From: Lingula anatina | Lineage: Eukaryota; Animalia; Brachiopoda | Assembly (NCBI GenBank): GCA_051362555.1 | Contig: CM120644.1 | Span: 13,414,567-13,478,566, forward strand | DNA: 64,000 nt | Direction of reading: 5' to 3' | In this document: positions 40,201 through 52,670 of the stretch, piece after piece | How positions within the stretch are numbered: the first letter of the stretch is position 1 | Layout: every line of letters begins with the position of its first letter | Translations under genes and position numbers: made by a program | The notes under the pieces: generated by a model | The model's database searches: none | Told to the model about the DNA's origin: nothing | What the model saw: the letters and a program-made list of their open reading frames with translations, nothing else

Positions 40201-40662
40201 TAAAAAAACTCGGATTCTGTCCACTGAACGAACAGCTAACCAAACAACAATGAATCACGAGTCAATCGCTTGCATTCCAGATGAATCTTTTGTGGCACTG
40301 CATAAAGAGACACCGTATCCATATCCATAAGTTCCTCCTCCTCTCCGCTGCCATTACGTGCAGGTTCGTGCTCAGCGCTGTTCCCCATCGGTGTCGTGAC
40401 TGTGTGACAGCCGGCATGGAATACAGCGCCTCCAGTAACACCACTGCTGAAACCTTGAAGGAGCGCATGAGGGTTTGTCTGAGTACGCCGTGGCAGACGA
40501 CCTATGGACTGCTGATCCTAAGTAAGATGCCGCTTCTAGATTCGATAGTAGTTGACTACCACCCTGATACCCCACTTTTCATTCCAAGGGCTTATCTCCA
40601 TTCAAAAGTAAGCTTGTTTAATTTTATCAGTCGTTTTTTGTTTGTTGTTGTTGTGCAAAAAT

Positions 40663-40698
<36 letters not shown>

Positions 40699-43208
40699 GC
40701 GTACCACGAAAAATAAATTTAAACTCTGCACAAATTAGGATTAGGTTCTAGTTTTGATATGTTATGATCATTCTTACCACATCTAGGTTTTGGTAATCAA
40801 TGTCAAGTTGTGATGAATAGCAGTCATATTCATTAAGAAAATTAAACTGCGAAATTATGATACCTCGATTCCGACGATATATAATCGGGTTGAAGAAACC
40901 TTTCCAATCTGTTGTAAAGTTAGTCGAACAGCCACGGTAATCTCACTATTGACACTATTCATACAATATACAGTGTATGTACGTGTTCTTTTTAACAATT
41001 GCATATTAACTGTCGGTATACTTCATTCTCTTTTTAGATTGGATCATGGCACTTTTTCTGCACTCATTTGACCGGCGAACTGAGCGACGCAGCTTATGTA
41101 GACGGTATGACTGAGATTTGTTTTTGTTTAAAGTTATAATAAAATCAATTCCATAATTAATTAGTTGATTTTTTTTACCAGGATGAATGACCAGTTTCGA
41201 ATACTAGTACTGTTACTTCAGACCTTTTGGCCTGTGTCATTATGTCTATGTAATTAGGATTCCCCATAGGGGAATATTATTGTTTTTGCTGTTCTTCTTC
41301 TTCTTCTTTTTCTTCTTATTTTTCGTCAAAAAAATTATTTTTAAAATGCTGAAAAAATTCCTGCTGATAGCCTAAAAGTTATTCCGGATTACCCAATTTC
41401 ATTGACCTTGACCTAATTTTCAAGGTCACAGAGCCTTTTAAAATGAAAACTTTGCAAATTTAAAAATGCAATATCTCCTAGAATTTTCAATATTTTAACA
41501 AATCCTTTCATATGTGAGTTTTCAAGGTCACAGGGGCATTTAACGACGAAATTTTTAAAATTTGAAATTGCAATTACGCCTTAAGTGTAAGCTATGTGGC
41601 TAAGGACCTTTTGGCAAATAATCCCCAAATATTGACCAACTTTCATACAAGTAGTTCGCTAATGGCCAAACTGCCATAAAACAGTTTTTTCCCATATCTC
41701 AAAAACCGCGAGGAAGTATAGTCTTATCTATAAAGTTAGCTGAACTTTCGTAGCGATTGCATGATACCTTTTTTAAATACAGATTTTAAAATATTTATGA
41801 TGTTGCAGAAATCGTGACTTTGGCAATTTCTCCATGAAATACTGATTTTTTTTAAACATGCTATAGTAAACTATCCCAAACCTATACCCAACATCCCCAA
41901 ATCAAATGTCAAATCTGACCTTGGCCTTCAATTTAGAGGTTATTTGGACATTTCAAGGTGACATATTCACTTGGGCTAAAACTGATGTATTGTTGACCCA
42001 CCTCCCCTAATCCACATACGCTCTTTCAGAATACGGGATCAGATTTAGCACATGGCCTTTTAATTGACCTTTTTCTTCAAGGTCATTCCACCCCTAGTGT
42101 GCAGGGGAATCCTCCGCCACTGGCTTCAGGCAGTTACGGTCTAGTTATATTTAATACTGATTGCTCACAAATATGTACAGGTACACATGTACATATCTTT
42201 GTTATTGCATGTATAACGAGCCCGGTAATTATAAACCAATGTGTTTTTTAAAAAAAGGAGTAGGCGTGTGCTATAAACAATTGTAAACGTGCATATTTAG
42301 CGATTCTATGTGTATTTCCCCCGTCATAATGGATATCACCACGCGCTGCTCAATGTACACTTTGCACTTGTACCGGTACGAGTTTGTGGTGAAGCATACC
42401 TTGTACGTACATGTATAGTATAATTTAAGCGACACACACAACATGTAGTGTCAGTATCACTCCTCTATCACGCCTTTCGTTGGATGGTCGAAGATTGGCA
42501 GTGTTTTCTTAAGTTATGGCAGACTATAGTCGAACTCCTTAGCATGATATTTTGATGATTTTGGTGTTGTGAACGGTGCTTCTTTTCATTCGGCAGACAT
42601 GCTAGATTCAGCACACATGGAGGAGGAGGAGACTATTCAAATTATCGTGGTTCGTCACTGTTTATAGCATGCCCACATAACCGTTATGTTTTCAGAGGGA
42701 ACATGGAAATTACATTTTCACTCTCTGCAGATGCTGGCATTTTTATTAGATTAGTAATCAGATAATTTCTGGTGCTTTGACTGCTTGAAAATGGCCGATA
42801 TGTCTCATTTTTTCAACTGGCGGCCATGCAATGGGTACTTTTGAGACAATACCTTAACTGAAATAATAATTACCAAATACACTGTATGTCTATTCACGTA
42901 TGATAATCCTGTGGCCTATTTTATAGCAAGATAAATCCACACTGGTCCCCTAAAATAAAGAAAGCATTTATCCAAAACATTATCCATGTCTTTCTTGCAA
43001 TAAATGAATGATAAATATTGATCATTGTAAATAAATAATTATAAATAAAGTGGACGTGATGTTTAATATCATTCAACTACTTGTCCATTTTCCCCATTGT
43101 GAAATAGGCTCTTGCTTTTCAATTGAAAGTTTATGCCCACATACACACTATTTGGGTAAAAAGGTAGATGGCTTTTCTGCGGGTTAATGGATGCAGCTAA
43201 GAGCAGTG

Positions 43209-43276
<68 letters not shown>

Positions 43277-44434
43277 TACTGAATTCAGTGTCTCTGATAT
43301 TCTCTTAACATTATTTATTTAGACTGAAATGAGTTACTGGCTTCTTTTAATTTGACTTGATTCTAAGGTTATTATCATGTTTATGTGGTCATGGCTCTTA
43401 GATCCCGCTGCTCCCTGCAATTAAGACTGCTGTGATTGAAAAAATATGGGTCGGGGTCAGAGAAAGGGCTCGGCTCCTATCCCTCCTCCCTGCTACTATG
43501 TTTATTATACGTTATTCAAAATGGGGAGCATATACCATGTCATGTAATTCTTTCTTTTCAGTTGGACCTTTCAGAACCGTAAACAAACAGAATTTGTACC
43601 AAACTGGTACTCTGCTGAAAGCTGCCAACCGGTTTTTGCCCCGTGTCGTTTTGGCTGGTGATTTCAACGTCGGGAAAGCCGTTCATGACGACAGTGTATC
43701 AAGCATGCTACTAAATTCCTACAAGCTTCTCACCCAGAACTTCGAGACTCGTTACGTGAACTGCACGTATTGTGGCACAAACCAGCTTGCTAACTCACCG
43801 AATTACAGTTTTGCTATTGACCACGTGTTTGTACCAATTTCAGATAATCCCAACACAACATTCTTTACGATCGAGGTTGGTATAAATCTCTTGCATCAGC
43901 AGAAACAAAATGAACGTATTTGAAGTAGTTATAAGATTTTTCCCGATTTTTATATTGGTATTGAAAATATTAATATAGTTTTTATCTGCCATAACGTTGG
44001 GACCATCCTTAAACTGCCTCGTTTTCCTTAACACCCACCCTCTTGGGATATACATGTATATATAGGCACCTTGTATTTCAGAAGGGAAACCGCACTGGTA
44101 ATTCTCTCATTTTCTAGCACACTTACGTTCTGGGGCACCCGTGTCTTAACGTCCATAGTTAAAGCTACTAGGACAGAAACAATCATTGACTGCATTTTTA
44201 TACCATTTTCCTCATCAAATTAAATGAAACAATATATATATCCGCCTAATAGTTGTCACTTAATTTTCCTTATTAAATGAAACTAACATTTGTTTGTACA
44301 TGTATGTTAAGGTATGTATGTATTATTTTCAGACTGCGTCGATAGAATTGGACGGCAAAGTGCCTGGCCAAGATTACTGCATGTCAGACCACTCTGCATA
44401 CCTAATGACTTTTGAGGTTCGTTACACAGGCTAA
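32442..44434 (+). CDS. Secreted EEP-family protein with Cys-rich insert, duplicate gene B' (7 exons, 385 aa)
   Basis: Exons 32442-32512, 37830-37892, 38229-38442, 40281-40607, 41038-41104, 43562-43875 and 44333-44434 are GT-AG and total 1158 nt with an open frame. All EEP motifs are retained. The exon 3 donor is weak (CAT|GTATAA) and the polyA hexamer has changed to AATACA. Confidence 0.82.
32803..34180 (-). mobile_element. Tc1/mariner (DD34E) DNA transposon, full length but inactivated
   Basis: 25-bp perfect TIRs CACTGGACAAAAGAAGTGTCACCCC, flanked by (TA)n. Absent from the homologous site (~4840) in copy 1. Confidence 0.95.
32972..34002 (-). pseudogene. Tc1 transposase pseudogene
   Basis: HTH-like N-terminal ORF (33599-33967), then SDECRF and QDDNAPCH...WPAQSPDANIIENVW, with 34 residues between D and E. 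In-frame stops (e.g. ~33355) and a frameshift near the 5' end. Confidence 0.9.
34581..35124. mobile_element. Foldback MITE with ~180-bp terminal inverted repeats
   Basis: 34581-34759 is nearly the reverse complement of 34945-35124 (AAAGGGTACCGGAGAAGATCAGC...). The empty site is at ~5170 in copy 1. Confidence 0.9.
35810..37710. mobile_element. Degenerate DNA-transposon remnants in intron 1 of gene B' (longer version of 5760-6980)
   Basis: Two tandem terminus-like motifs (AAGCCTGGGTCCCAACT ~35971, AAGCCTCGGTCACAACT ~36019). About 800 bp here is missing from copy 1. Confidence 0.35.
38593..40107. mobile_element. Non-autonomous DNA transposon (~1.5 kb) in intron 3 of gene B'
   Basis: TIRs TACGGACTTGACATTTTATATGGAAT ... 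ATTCCATATTAAATGTCAAGTCTGTA. Absent from intron 3 of gene B. Superfamily not determined. Confidence 0.75.
41254..42145 (+). mobile_element. HINE-like element, duplicate in intron 5 of gene B'
   Basis: Near-identical to 8952-9851. Confidence 0.65.
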
Positions 44435-45983
44435 TACAGCATACCCGCCGAAGATGTATGTGCTACTGTACAAGGCCGGGCGACATGGTTCTACACACAA
44501 AATTTCAGGCACCACCTAGAGTGTGTAAGCCTATAAGCCGGTGATGCAATGAGAACCTTTCCTGTGGGGTATACCATATTATTCAGAATTATTTTGCGAT
44601 ATGTTGATTTCCTCCTGTAACAATGTTTATTTACACGGCATAATTTAAACCTAACATACGTGGTGTAAGTTGCATCTTAATATTCGCTGTATTTTCGATT
44701 ATTTTGGTTTGGATAGGAATGTATCTACTCTAGTCTAGAAAGATTTTATGGGTGAACCTAGACAACATTGCAGGATTTTTTTCGCCATGCATTTCCCGGT
44801 GCCCCAAAGCGTCATACGAGAGTCCCAAGGAAGTCCTGCATGGGAAACACGAAAAACGACGGCCAACAAGCGTACAAATGTACATATGATATTGCCTCAT
44901 TCCATTACTTCAGCACAATTATGCACTAGGATTGTGTCTGTATGTATCCCCTTGTTGTTTAAAATCATACTGATGTCGTTTTATCAATATCAACTGACCA
45001 CCAGAAAAATCACATTTCCAGCAATTTGGCTTAAATATAGAATTATTTCACCTTTCAGACATACTGTTGAGGTCATTAAAAATCCCAGATGTTTTTGCTG
45101 GTGTAGATACCAACAATGCATTTATATGCGTCTTTTGAACTTATACAAGTAGATGGTTTAACAAGATGGGCACCGTGCCTGGTAGATAAATAGAACAGCT
45201 ATCGAATATTGAGATATAGTATACTCCATTCAATTTTGGAATTTTCATGTTTCCTATAGAGGGATTCAACTGGGCTAGGCTTTATTATGTTGATTGGGAG
45301 GCTTCAGGGTGATGCAAGGTGAAAAGATATATTCTGTTACAATTTTGTACAGGTCAAACAGTATTTTGGCTGAACTAATCATTGTGGTGGTCATTGTGGA
45401 TTTATAAATATGGTGATTAGAAAAAAAGCATTTTATTTCATTTCGACAACAAAAAAGTAATTATGGAAATCAGAATAGCTGGCGCATTTTATGCAATAAT
45501 CTTTCGGGTGAATAAATCAATATTCCCAGCTTGAAGATTGGTGTTGTGTATTTTTATATTCTTAAAGAAACAAAAAATTACTTCAGTTGCTACATGTATG
45601 ATGTAGACGAGATGATTCCATCGTTTGTCCTTTTGCAGATACATTCCGCTGATGCAATTGGTCGCAGGGAGGATTTATAAAATACTGCAATTTTCTGGCC
45701 CAGACATTACCCAAATAATATTATTCAACACGATTCAATGTAATCTACTAAATTCATTTCTTTTATAAAAGTGACCTTACAAATTTCGAGGATCATACTT
45801 GTATTTAACAAAATGTCCTTTTTTTAACGCTTTCGAGTGAGTAAACGAGGAGATAAATATTGGTGTTTGACCTTGTCCGAAACCTCGCAGACGTTAAATC
45901 TTTCAGGTAACAGTAAAATCCGTAAATATTTCAATTAGTATGAGAAATATAATACTTTTTATAGAAACAAAGTCGTCTTAATT

Positions 45984-47195
45984 CTGTTCTCAGGTGTGCT
46001 TTTTGACAATCTTTAAAGCAGAAATTGGGGGCTTTAAAGAAGTGATCCGGGTGCGTTTCCACATTTTTATGAATGACAGGTGTGGTAGATTGATTTTAGT
46101 CACATTTCGGAAAAATCGGAGACGGGTCGATCCTGGGTGGTTTTGATTGATTTTCATAGGGGCTAGATATGGCAGTTTTCGTCAAATTTGACCAAATAGG
46201 GAAGAAAAAAAATTGTTCTTCATTATAGTGATCAGGAGGTTTGTTTGGTCATTTGTAGTGAGAGTAAAGTACTGGAAGACTGGCTGTGTCATTATTAAGG
46301 CAGAAATTTAGCAAAAACTCTTCCTACCCCCCCCCCCCCTCTTCAAATCCTGTTCTCAGGTGTGTTTTTGAGCCATCTTAAAAGCTGAAATTGTTGGCTT
46401 TAATGAAGTGACCCGGGTGCGTTTCCACATTTTTTATGAATGACAGGTGTGGTAGATTGATTTTCGACACCTTTTTGGAAAAATCGGAGACGGGTCGATC
46501 CTGGGTGATTTTAGGTGATTTTCATAAAGGTCGGATAGGGCAGTTTTCTTCAAATTTGGCCAAATAGGGAAGAACATTTTTTTCTTCATTATGGTGATCA
46601 GGAGATTTGTTTGGTCATTTGTAGTGAGAGTAAAGTACTGGAAGACTGGTTGTGTAATTTTAAAGGAAGAAATTTAGCAAAAACTCTCCCCACCCCTCCC
46701 CTCTCCAAATCCTGTTCTCAGGTGTGCTTTTGAGTCATCTTTAAAGCTGAAATTGGGGGCTTTAATGAAGCGATCAGGGCGCGTTTCCACGTTTTTTATG
46801 AATGACTGGTGTGGTAGATTGATTTTCGACACATTTTGGAAAAATCAGAGACGGGTCGATTCAAGGTGATTTTGAGTGATTTTCATAATGGCCGGATATG
46901 GCAGTTTTCTTCAAAAAATTGTTTTCTTCATTATAGTGATAAAGATGTGTGTTTGGTTATTTTAGTGAGTGCAAAGTACTGGAAGAGTGGTTGTGTCATT
47001 ATTAAAGAAGAAATAGAGCAAAAACTCTCTCCACCCCCCTCTCTCCAAATCCTGTTCCCAGGTGTGCTTTTTGGTCATCTTTAAAGCTGGAATTGGGGGC
47101 TTTAATGAAGTGATCCGGGCGTCACGTTTTGCAGAAATCGGAGACGGATCTATTCTGGGTGATTTTGGGTATTTTTGACAAGGGCCGTTCATAGT
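45984..47195. repeat. ~360-bp tandem repeat, ~3.4 units (copy 2)
   Basis: Unit starts at ~45985, 46351, 46713 and 47053. Confidence 0.9.
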
Positions 47196-50100
47196 TTAAT
47201 CGATATTAAAACAAGTTCATTTTTTCGGGAGGGGGGATACCTATTAATCGATAAAATATCAACAATCACATAATTTCTCTGGTGTTGAGTTTTGTGGCAG
47301 TAATATATTAAAAAATATGAAATATGAAAGTATGCATGACAGAAGGGACATGTATAATATTTGTTGATTAAAGCGGTGTATTTTAACAACTAGTGGTGTC
47401 AAATCTACGTGTACATGTACACCAGGGGTGGATCCAGGATTTCTTAAAGGGGGAGGGGTCCGGTTTTGTTACGTGTTAACCCCTTTGGCGTTAGGTTAGG
47501 GGCATGCTCTAGGGCCCAGTAAAAATTTGGTGTTTTAGAGGGCAAATTGCACGCATTTAGAACTATTATTCAGCTAGACATTTTGGTACGGTTTTTGTAA
47601 ATCAGAAATCGAAGGGGAGGGTCCAGACCCCCCCTGCCACCCCCCTAAATCCGCCAATGTACATGTATTTGACCGGGAACATTCGTGAACAGTTTCAACC
47701 ACAGTAGCGGATTTAGGGGGTGTCAGGGGACCCTCCCCTTCGACTTCTGATTTACAAAAATCGTACCAAAAACGTCTAGCTGAATCATAGGTCTAAAACA
47801 CCAAATTTTTTCGGGACCCTACTAGAGCGTGCCACTGTACATGCATTTGACCGTGAACATTCGTCTACAGTTTCAACCACAGTCCCTCACCTAAAATGAG
47901 CCATACCTGTCTTTAATTTGCATAACAATAACTTGCTCATTGTAGTGAGAGCTGTCTTCCCGAATGCTCACTAGACAGTAGGACACAGCAGGATGCAGAC
48001 GCAACAGCATGTGTGGTGCAGTCGCAAGGGCGAGCATTTATGAGGTGTAGAAGCAAGTGCATGCTTCGTAAGTATTACTTTTTCTTCAGTGATCTATGAC
48101 ATTAGATGGAAAAAGCGTAGAAGAATGCAAGAAAAATTTACGACAAGTATTTATGTTACAACTCTTTGTTATACTTTGCCTGCCGTTTCTGTTACTCAGT
48201 ATGTATATGCCTATATTAGCTAGCAAATGAGTACATGTAGATGGGCATATATATATTACTTTAAAGATCACGGACTATTTTAGGTGATAATAGTAATACC
48301 ATTCTTGTCACAGTTCTGAATTTTTGACCCATCAACGTGTACACAAACTTAATGGTCAAAGTTTATCAAAAATTAAACGTCTCCTTTTACGACAATCAGG
48401 ATAGTTTAAAAAGAAATAAAATACCCCTTTGATTTAAATTATCTTATGGTTACTTTTGTCTCTTTGAAGTTTCATTTCATTTCTTTAATTCAGTTTTTGT
48501 AGGTTTGTTTATTTTATTATAAACGTACCCGTAAAAATGTTTGTAAGCTATGTTGAAAAACGGGAAATTTGATAAAGAGGAATATGTCCCCCAAACGTGT
48601 GATGCATAGCGATTTTAGATATTACAACATTAAAATAAATCACTGTCCCTAGTTACCTCCACAAGTTAAAGAAATGTGGTCAGTGTTTATTTTTTTTCAA
48701 AGCATGATATCTCAAATACCTTTATCATTAACTTGAGGTCTTAATTTTGACGTAACGTAACCTTGATGTCGATTGCTTTTTTTATGTACAGACACAGATG
48801 TGTCTGTAAATATTGCCGTCACCTGCGTCTGTCGTCGTCACTTCCACCGATAACACGATAAGTGGAAAACCATTTTACTGTTTGGCTTGAAATTTGAAAG
48901 ATCTGATGAATATTTATAATCCATAGGTCAAGTTCGAAAATCAGCATGATCGGGGTATTTTTTCAAAAGTTATGCTGTTTTTTTTTTTTTTTTTGCTTTC
49001 TTCAGCATATATGCAATACTGATAACACAATTCAAGGAAGCTGATAAGCCTATTGTTTTGCAACTCACAGGAGTGATCAATCTTACTAAAATACAGGTTG
49101 GGTTTGAAAATCAGCTTGATTGATTCAGTTTTAGTGAAGTTATGACATTTTTTGTATATGGGTGTTTTTTCCTCAGATTTAATTCTAAGGCATGTTAACA
49201 GTCTCATTATTGAACTAAAAGATACGTAAAAGTGTTCTTTTGACATTTTCTGCATCTTAACAACATTGTTAGTTGATTATATAAAAATGTCAAAAAATGT
49301 CAAAAAATGGAAATAAACTCAGTTTGGCAGATTCAATCATTCACTATGTTCAGAATCTCAGAATAGAGCAAATTGGACATTTAAAATTGTTCTATTGAAA
49401 TTTTTCCTATGCCAACAATTATCTTAGTTGATCATATAAACATGACAGTAAATTGGTCATTTTGCTTTATGTAAAAAACGTGTTGAAAATGGAAAGAAAT
49501 GCATTTCAGTAGGGGTCAGTCTATAATTGTCCCCTGGGTAATTATTAGCTATGTTCACTTGCCTAATTAAGTTTCAAGTGGCCATTAAATGAGATTTCAT
49601 AAAACACATGTTGAGATTTCCCTGTAAACTCCCATCAGTTTAGCTCTCTGCCAGATACAGTTTGTGAAAGTCTGAATTGTTTGCGTCGTGTAATTAATTA
49701 TCGGGGATAATTATGCAGGTAAATATTGTTTAATATTGCAAATAAGTTTGCAGAAGAAAAAAAACTTTTGTAATGTAATGCCAATATTAACGCTATAGAT
49801 GAATAACAGTGCTTTATTATCCTCAAACTCAATGGAGTTATTAATGTCATGTTAATACAGCTGGATTCAAAGTTCGAATAGCAGCTTTATTGGTATTTAT
49901 ATATTTTTTTTCTTTTCTAATTTTTTTAATTATTATTTTTCAAACACTGACATTTTCAAATGTGACTTAACTCCAATCCACCTGGCCCTGGTTTCAGAAA
50001 AAAACTTCAGTTTCCTGGCTTAGTTGACTAGGATTTCAAGAGAGTGCTTTTACACTGCTCCCCGTAGGGTAAGATGTGACCATATAACCTTGGTAATTAA

Positions 50101-50574
50101 GTTGTTAACCAAGGAAATTGACAAGTTTATTATTATTTTATTTATTTATTTTTTTTTTTTTTGTGAAACATGGGGGCCTGAACCTCTGTACAATTTCTGT
50201 ATTTCCACATAAGCTATAATATTGGTGTTAATGGAGTTAAATATTATGTAATATTGTTTTGTACTGTCATATTTTTCACATATTGGGATTTTCATTATGT
50301 GAATTTGAACTCTCATGATCCTGAAACTGTAATGGTAGTGACCATCTCACCTGTTGTGCACGATTAGAATTTAGCGTTCACTGTGCTGTCATTAGCCTTA
50401 TTTATTATTACATCAAAATTGACAAATTGATCTTTATTCTGCGTCCTCATTTCTGCTTTCTGTCTGTACATTTGACAGCTTTGCTGCCTTTTTTGTGCTA
50501 TCCGAGCCTGAACATCGGACAAGTCAGTAAACACCCACATCAATTTAAGTGCCCTCTTCTTTTCGATGTAAAAA

Positions 50575-51012
50575 GTATGTGTCGTATCTTCCGAGCCTGA
50601 CGTTTAGTTATATATTGTTAAAAAACGGTCCACTCGTTTTAATACTGAGGATGATTTTATTTTAGAACATTCTGTTTTAGAGAAGGGGTGCCTCAAAAGT
50701 TATGGAGATCGTGCTTTTATAATTTACGCCCCAAAGGTGTGGAATGGTCTACTAAATTTCATAAGAAAAACAGAAGACTTTGACAATTTTAAATCTATTT
50801 TAAAGACCCACATTTTTTAATTCTGTCTATATCTCTTAGATTTGTTAAAATATATATATGTATTTTAATAAGATTGAATTTTAGTAGTGTAAATTTTAAA
50901 TGGCTTCCAATGAGAGTTTATGATTAAAATATTGTAGTCATTTTAATGATTTTAGTATATTAGCCATTATTGTAAGGCGCCTTGAGATAGAATGTAAGGC
51001 GCCATATAAGAA

Positions 51013-51065
<53 letters not shown>
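50575..51065 (+). mobile_element. L2/CR1-group LINE 3' end (copy 2)
   Basis: Duplicate of 19850-20330. Confidence 0.8.
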
Positions 51066-51066
<1 letters not shown>

Positions 51067-52037
51067 AATTACCTTCTCATTTCAGGAGTCTACTGAGATA
51101 CTGAGAACTGTACGACAGCCGCCTGCTAGCAACCAAGTCTTTCGTCCACGTTCTGGGACCCTACGCGCATTCATGCATCTATTTTGATAAAGTTGAATAA
51201 ATGCGTTTGTAATTCCTTGTTTTTTCTCTTTGATATGAAATAATGATGATAAAAATATAAGAATTAATAAAGGAAAAGGGGTATAATTATAAATATGTGA
51301 TTACTGTCTGAGCACTTTTAAGTTTAGTCTGCTAAAACTGATCTGTAAATATTGAGTTTGATTTTTACAGTAACAGAATGTCCTAAATCATGCAGTGTTT
51401 TGTAAATAATTGAGTTTGAGTATTTTAAGAAAACTACAAGATTTTACAACAGCCCACATTTATAAATACAATTTGTATGAATTAACGACTCCCTTTTTGA
51501 AAATCTATTCTACATTTTGTTCTATATTTAAAGTTTTTTATATTTCTTGGAATGAATTAGTTCGTCCTCCCTGATGCCATTTTCATTATTTAATACGAGT
51601 CCATTTTTAAAGGGTTCTGGTTTTTGCTACAGAAAATTGATTCTAATTTTACGCCCTTCTCATCTGATGAATGCTTCAATTTTAAACAAAAATGAAAAAG
51701 TTGACACACTTTTTGAAATGGTAACAGTTGAAATCTGCTTCTCCAACAAAGCATGGGTTCTGTGTATTCCGATATCTTTTAAAGATCTAATTTAATGAAT
51801 ATAAAAAATGTATTGATCCTTTAATTTCATTTTTATATTTATTTCCACATATGCACAGACAAAAAGATAAAACTTTTATTAAGTTGTGGAAAAGCAAATT
51901 TTGAGACCAAAAATTTTGTCTATTTCTGCATTATACAAGTGCATGTCATCCTAAAACTTTAGTAACGGCATTAAAATGTAATTTTGTGATGCTCCTCAAA
52001 GTGGTCTTACCCCACATCGCACACCTCAAGTGGGATA

Positions 52038-52670
52038 ATATTGACCCACCTGCCACCCCTCATTTGGAATTAATTAACCCTACCTGTGACCCCTCAAATC
52101 GAATGGACTCGCCCTACCTGTCACCCCTTAAATCAAATGGACTTGCCCCACCCGTCACCCCTCAAATGGAATGGACTCGCCCCACCTGTCACCCCTCTGA
52201 CGGAATGAACTCGCCCCACCTGTCACCCCTCAAATGGAATGGACTCGCCCCACCTGTCACCCCTCAAATGGAATGGATTCACCCTACCTGTCACCCCTCA
52301 AATCGAATGGACTAGCCCCACCTGTCACCCCTTTGAGGGAATGAACTCGCCCCACCTGTCACCCCTCTGACGAAATGGACTCGCCCCATCCGTCACCCCT
52401 CTGACGAAATTGACTCACCCCACCCATCACCCCTCAAATGGAATGGACTCGTCCCACCTGTCACCCCTCTGACGGAATTGACTCGCCCCACCTGTCACCC
52501 CTCAAATGGAATGAACTCGCCCCACCTCTCACCCCCTCTGATGGAATGAAATTGCCCCACCTGTCACCCCCTCTGATGGAATGGACTATCCCCACCTGTC
52601 ACCCCTCAAACGGAATGAACTCGCCCCACCTGTCACCCCTCAAATCAAATGGACTTGACCCATTTGTTAC
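52038..52670. repeat. 34-bp minisatellite (copy 2)
   Basis: Same unit as 21355-21955, with a different order of variant units. Confidence 0.93.
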
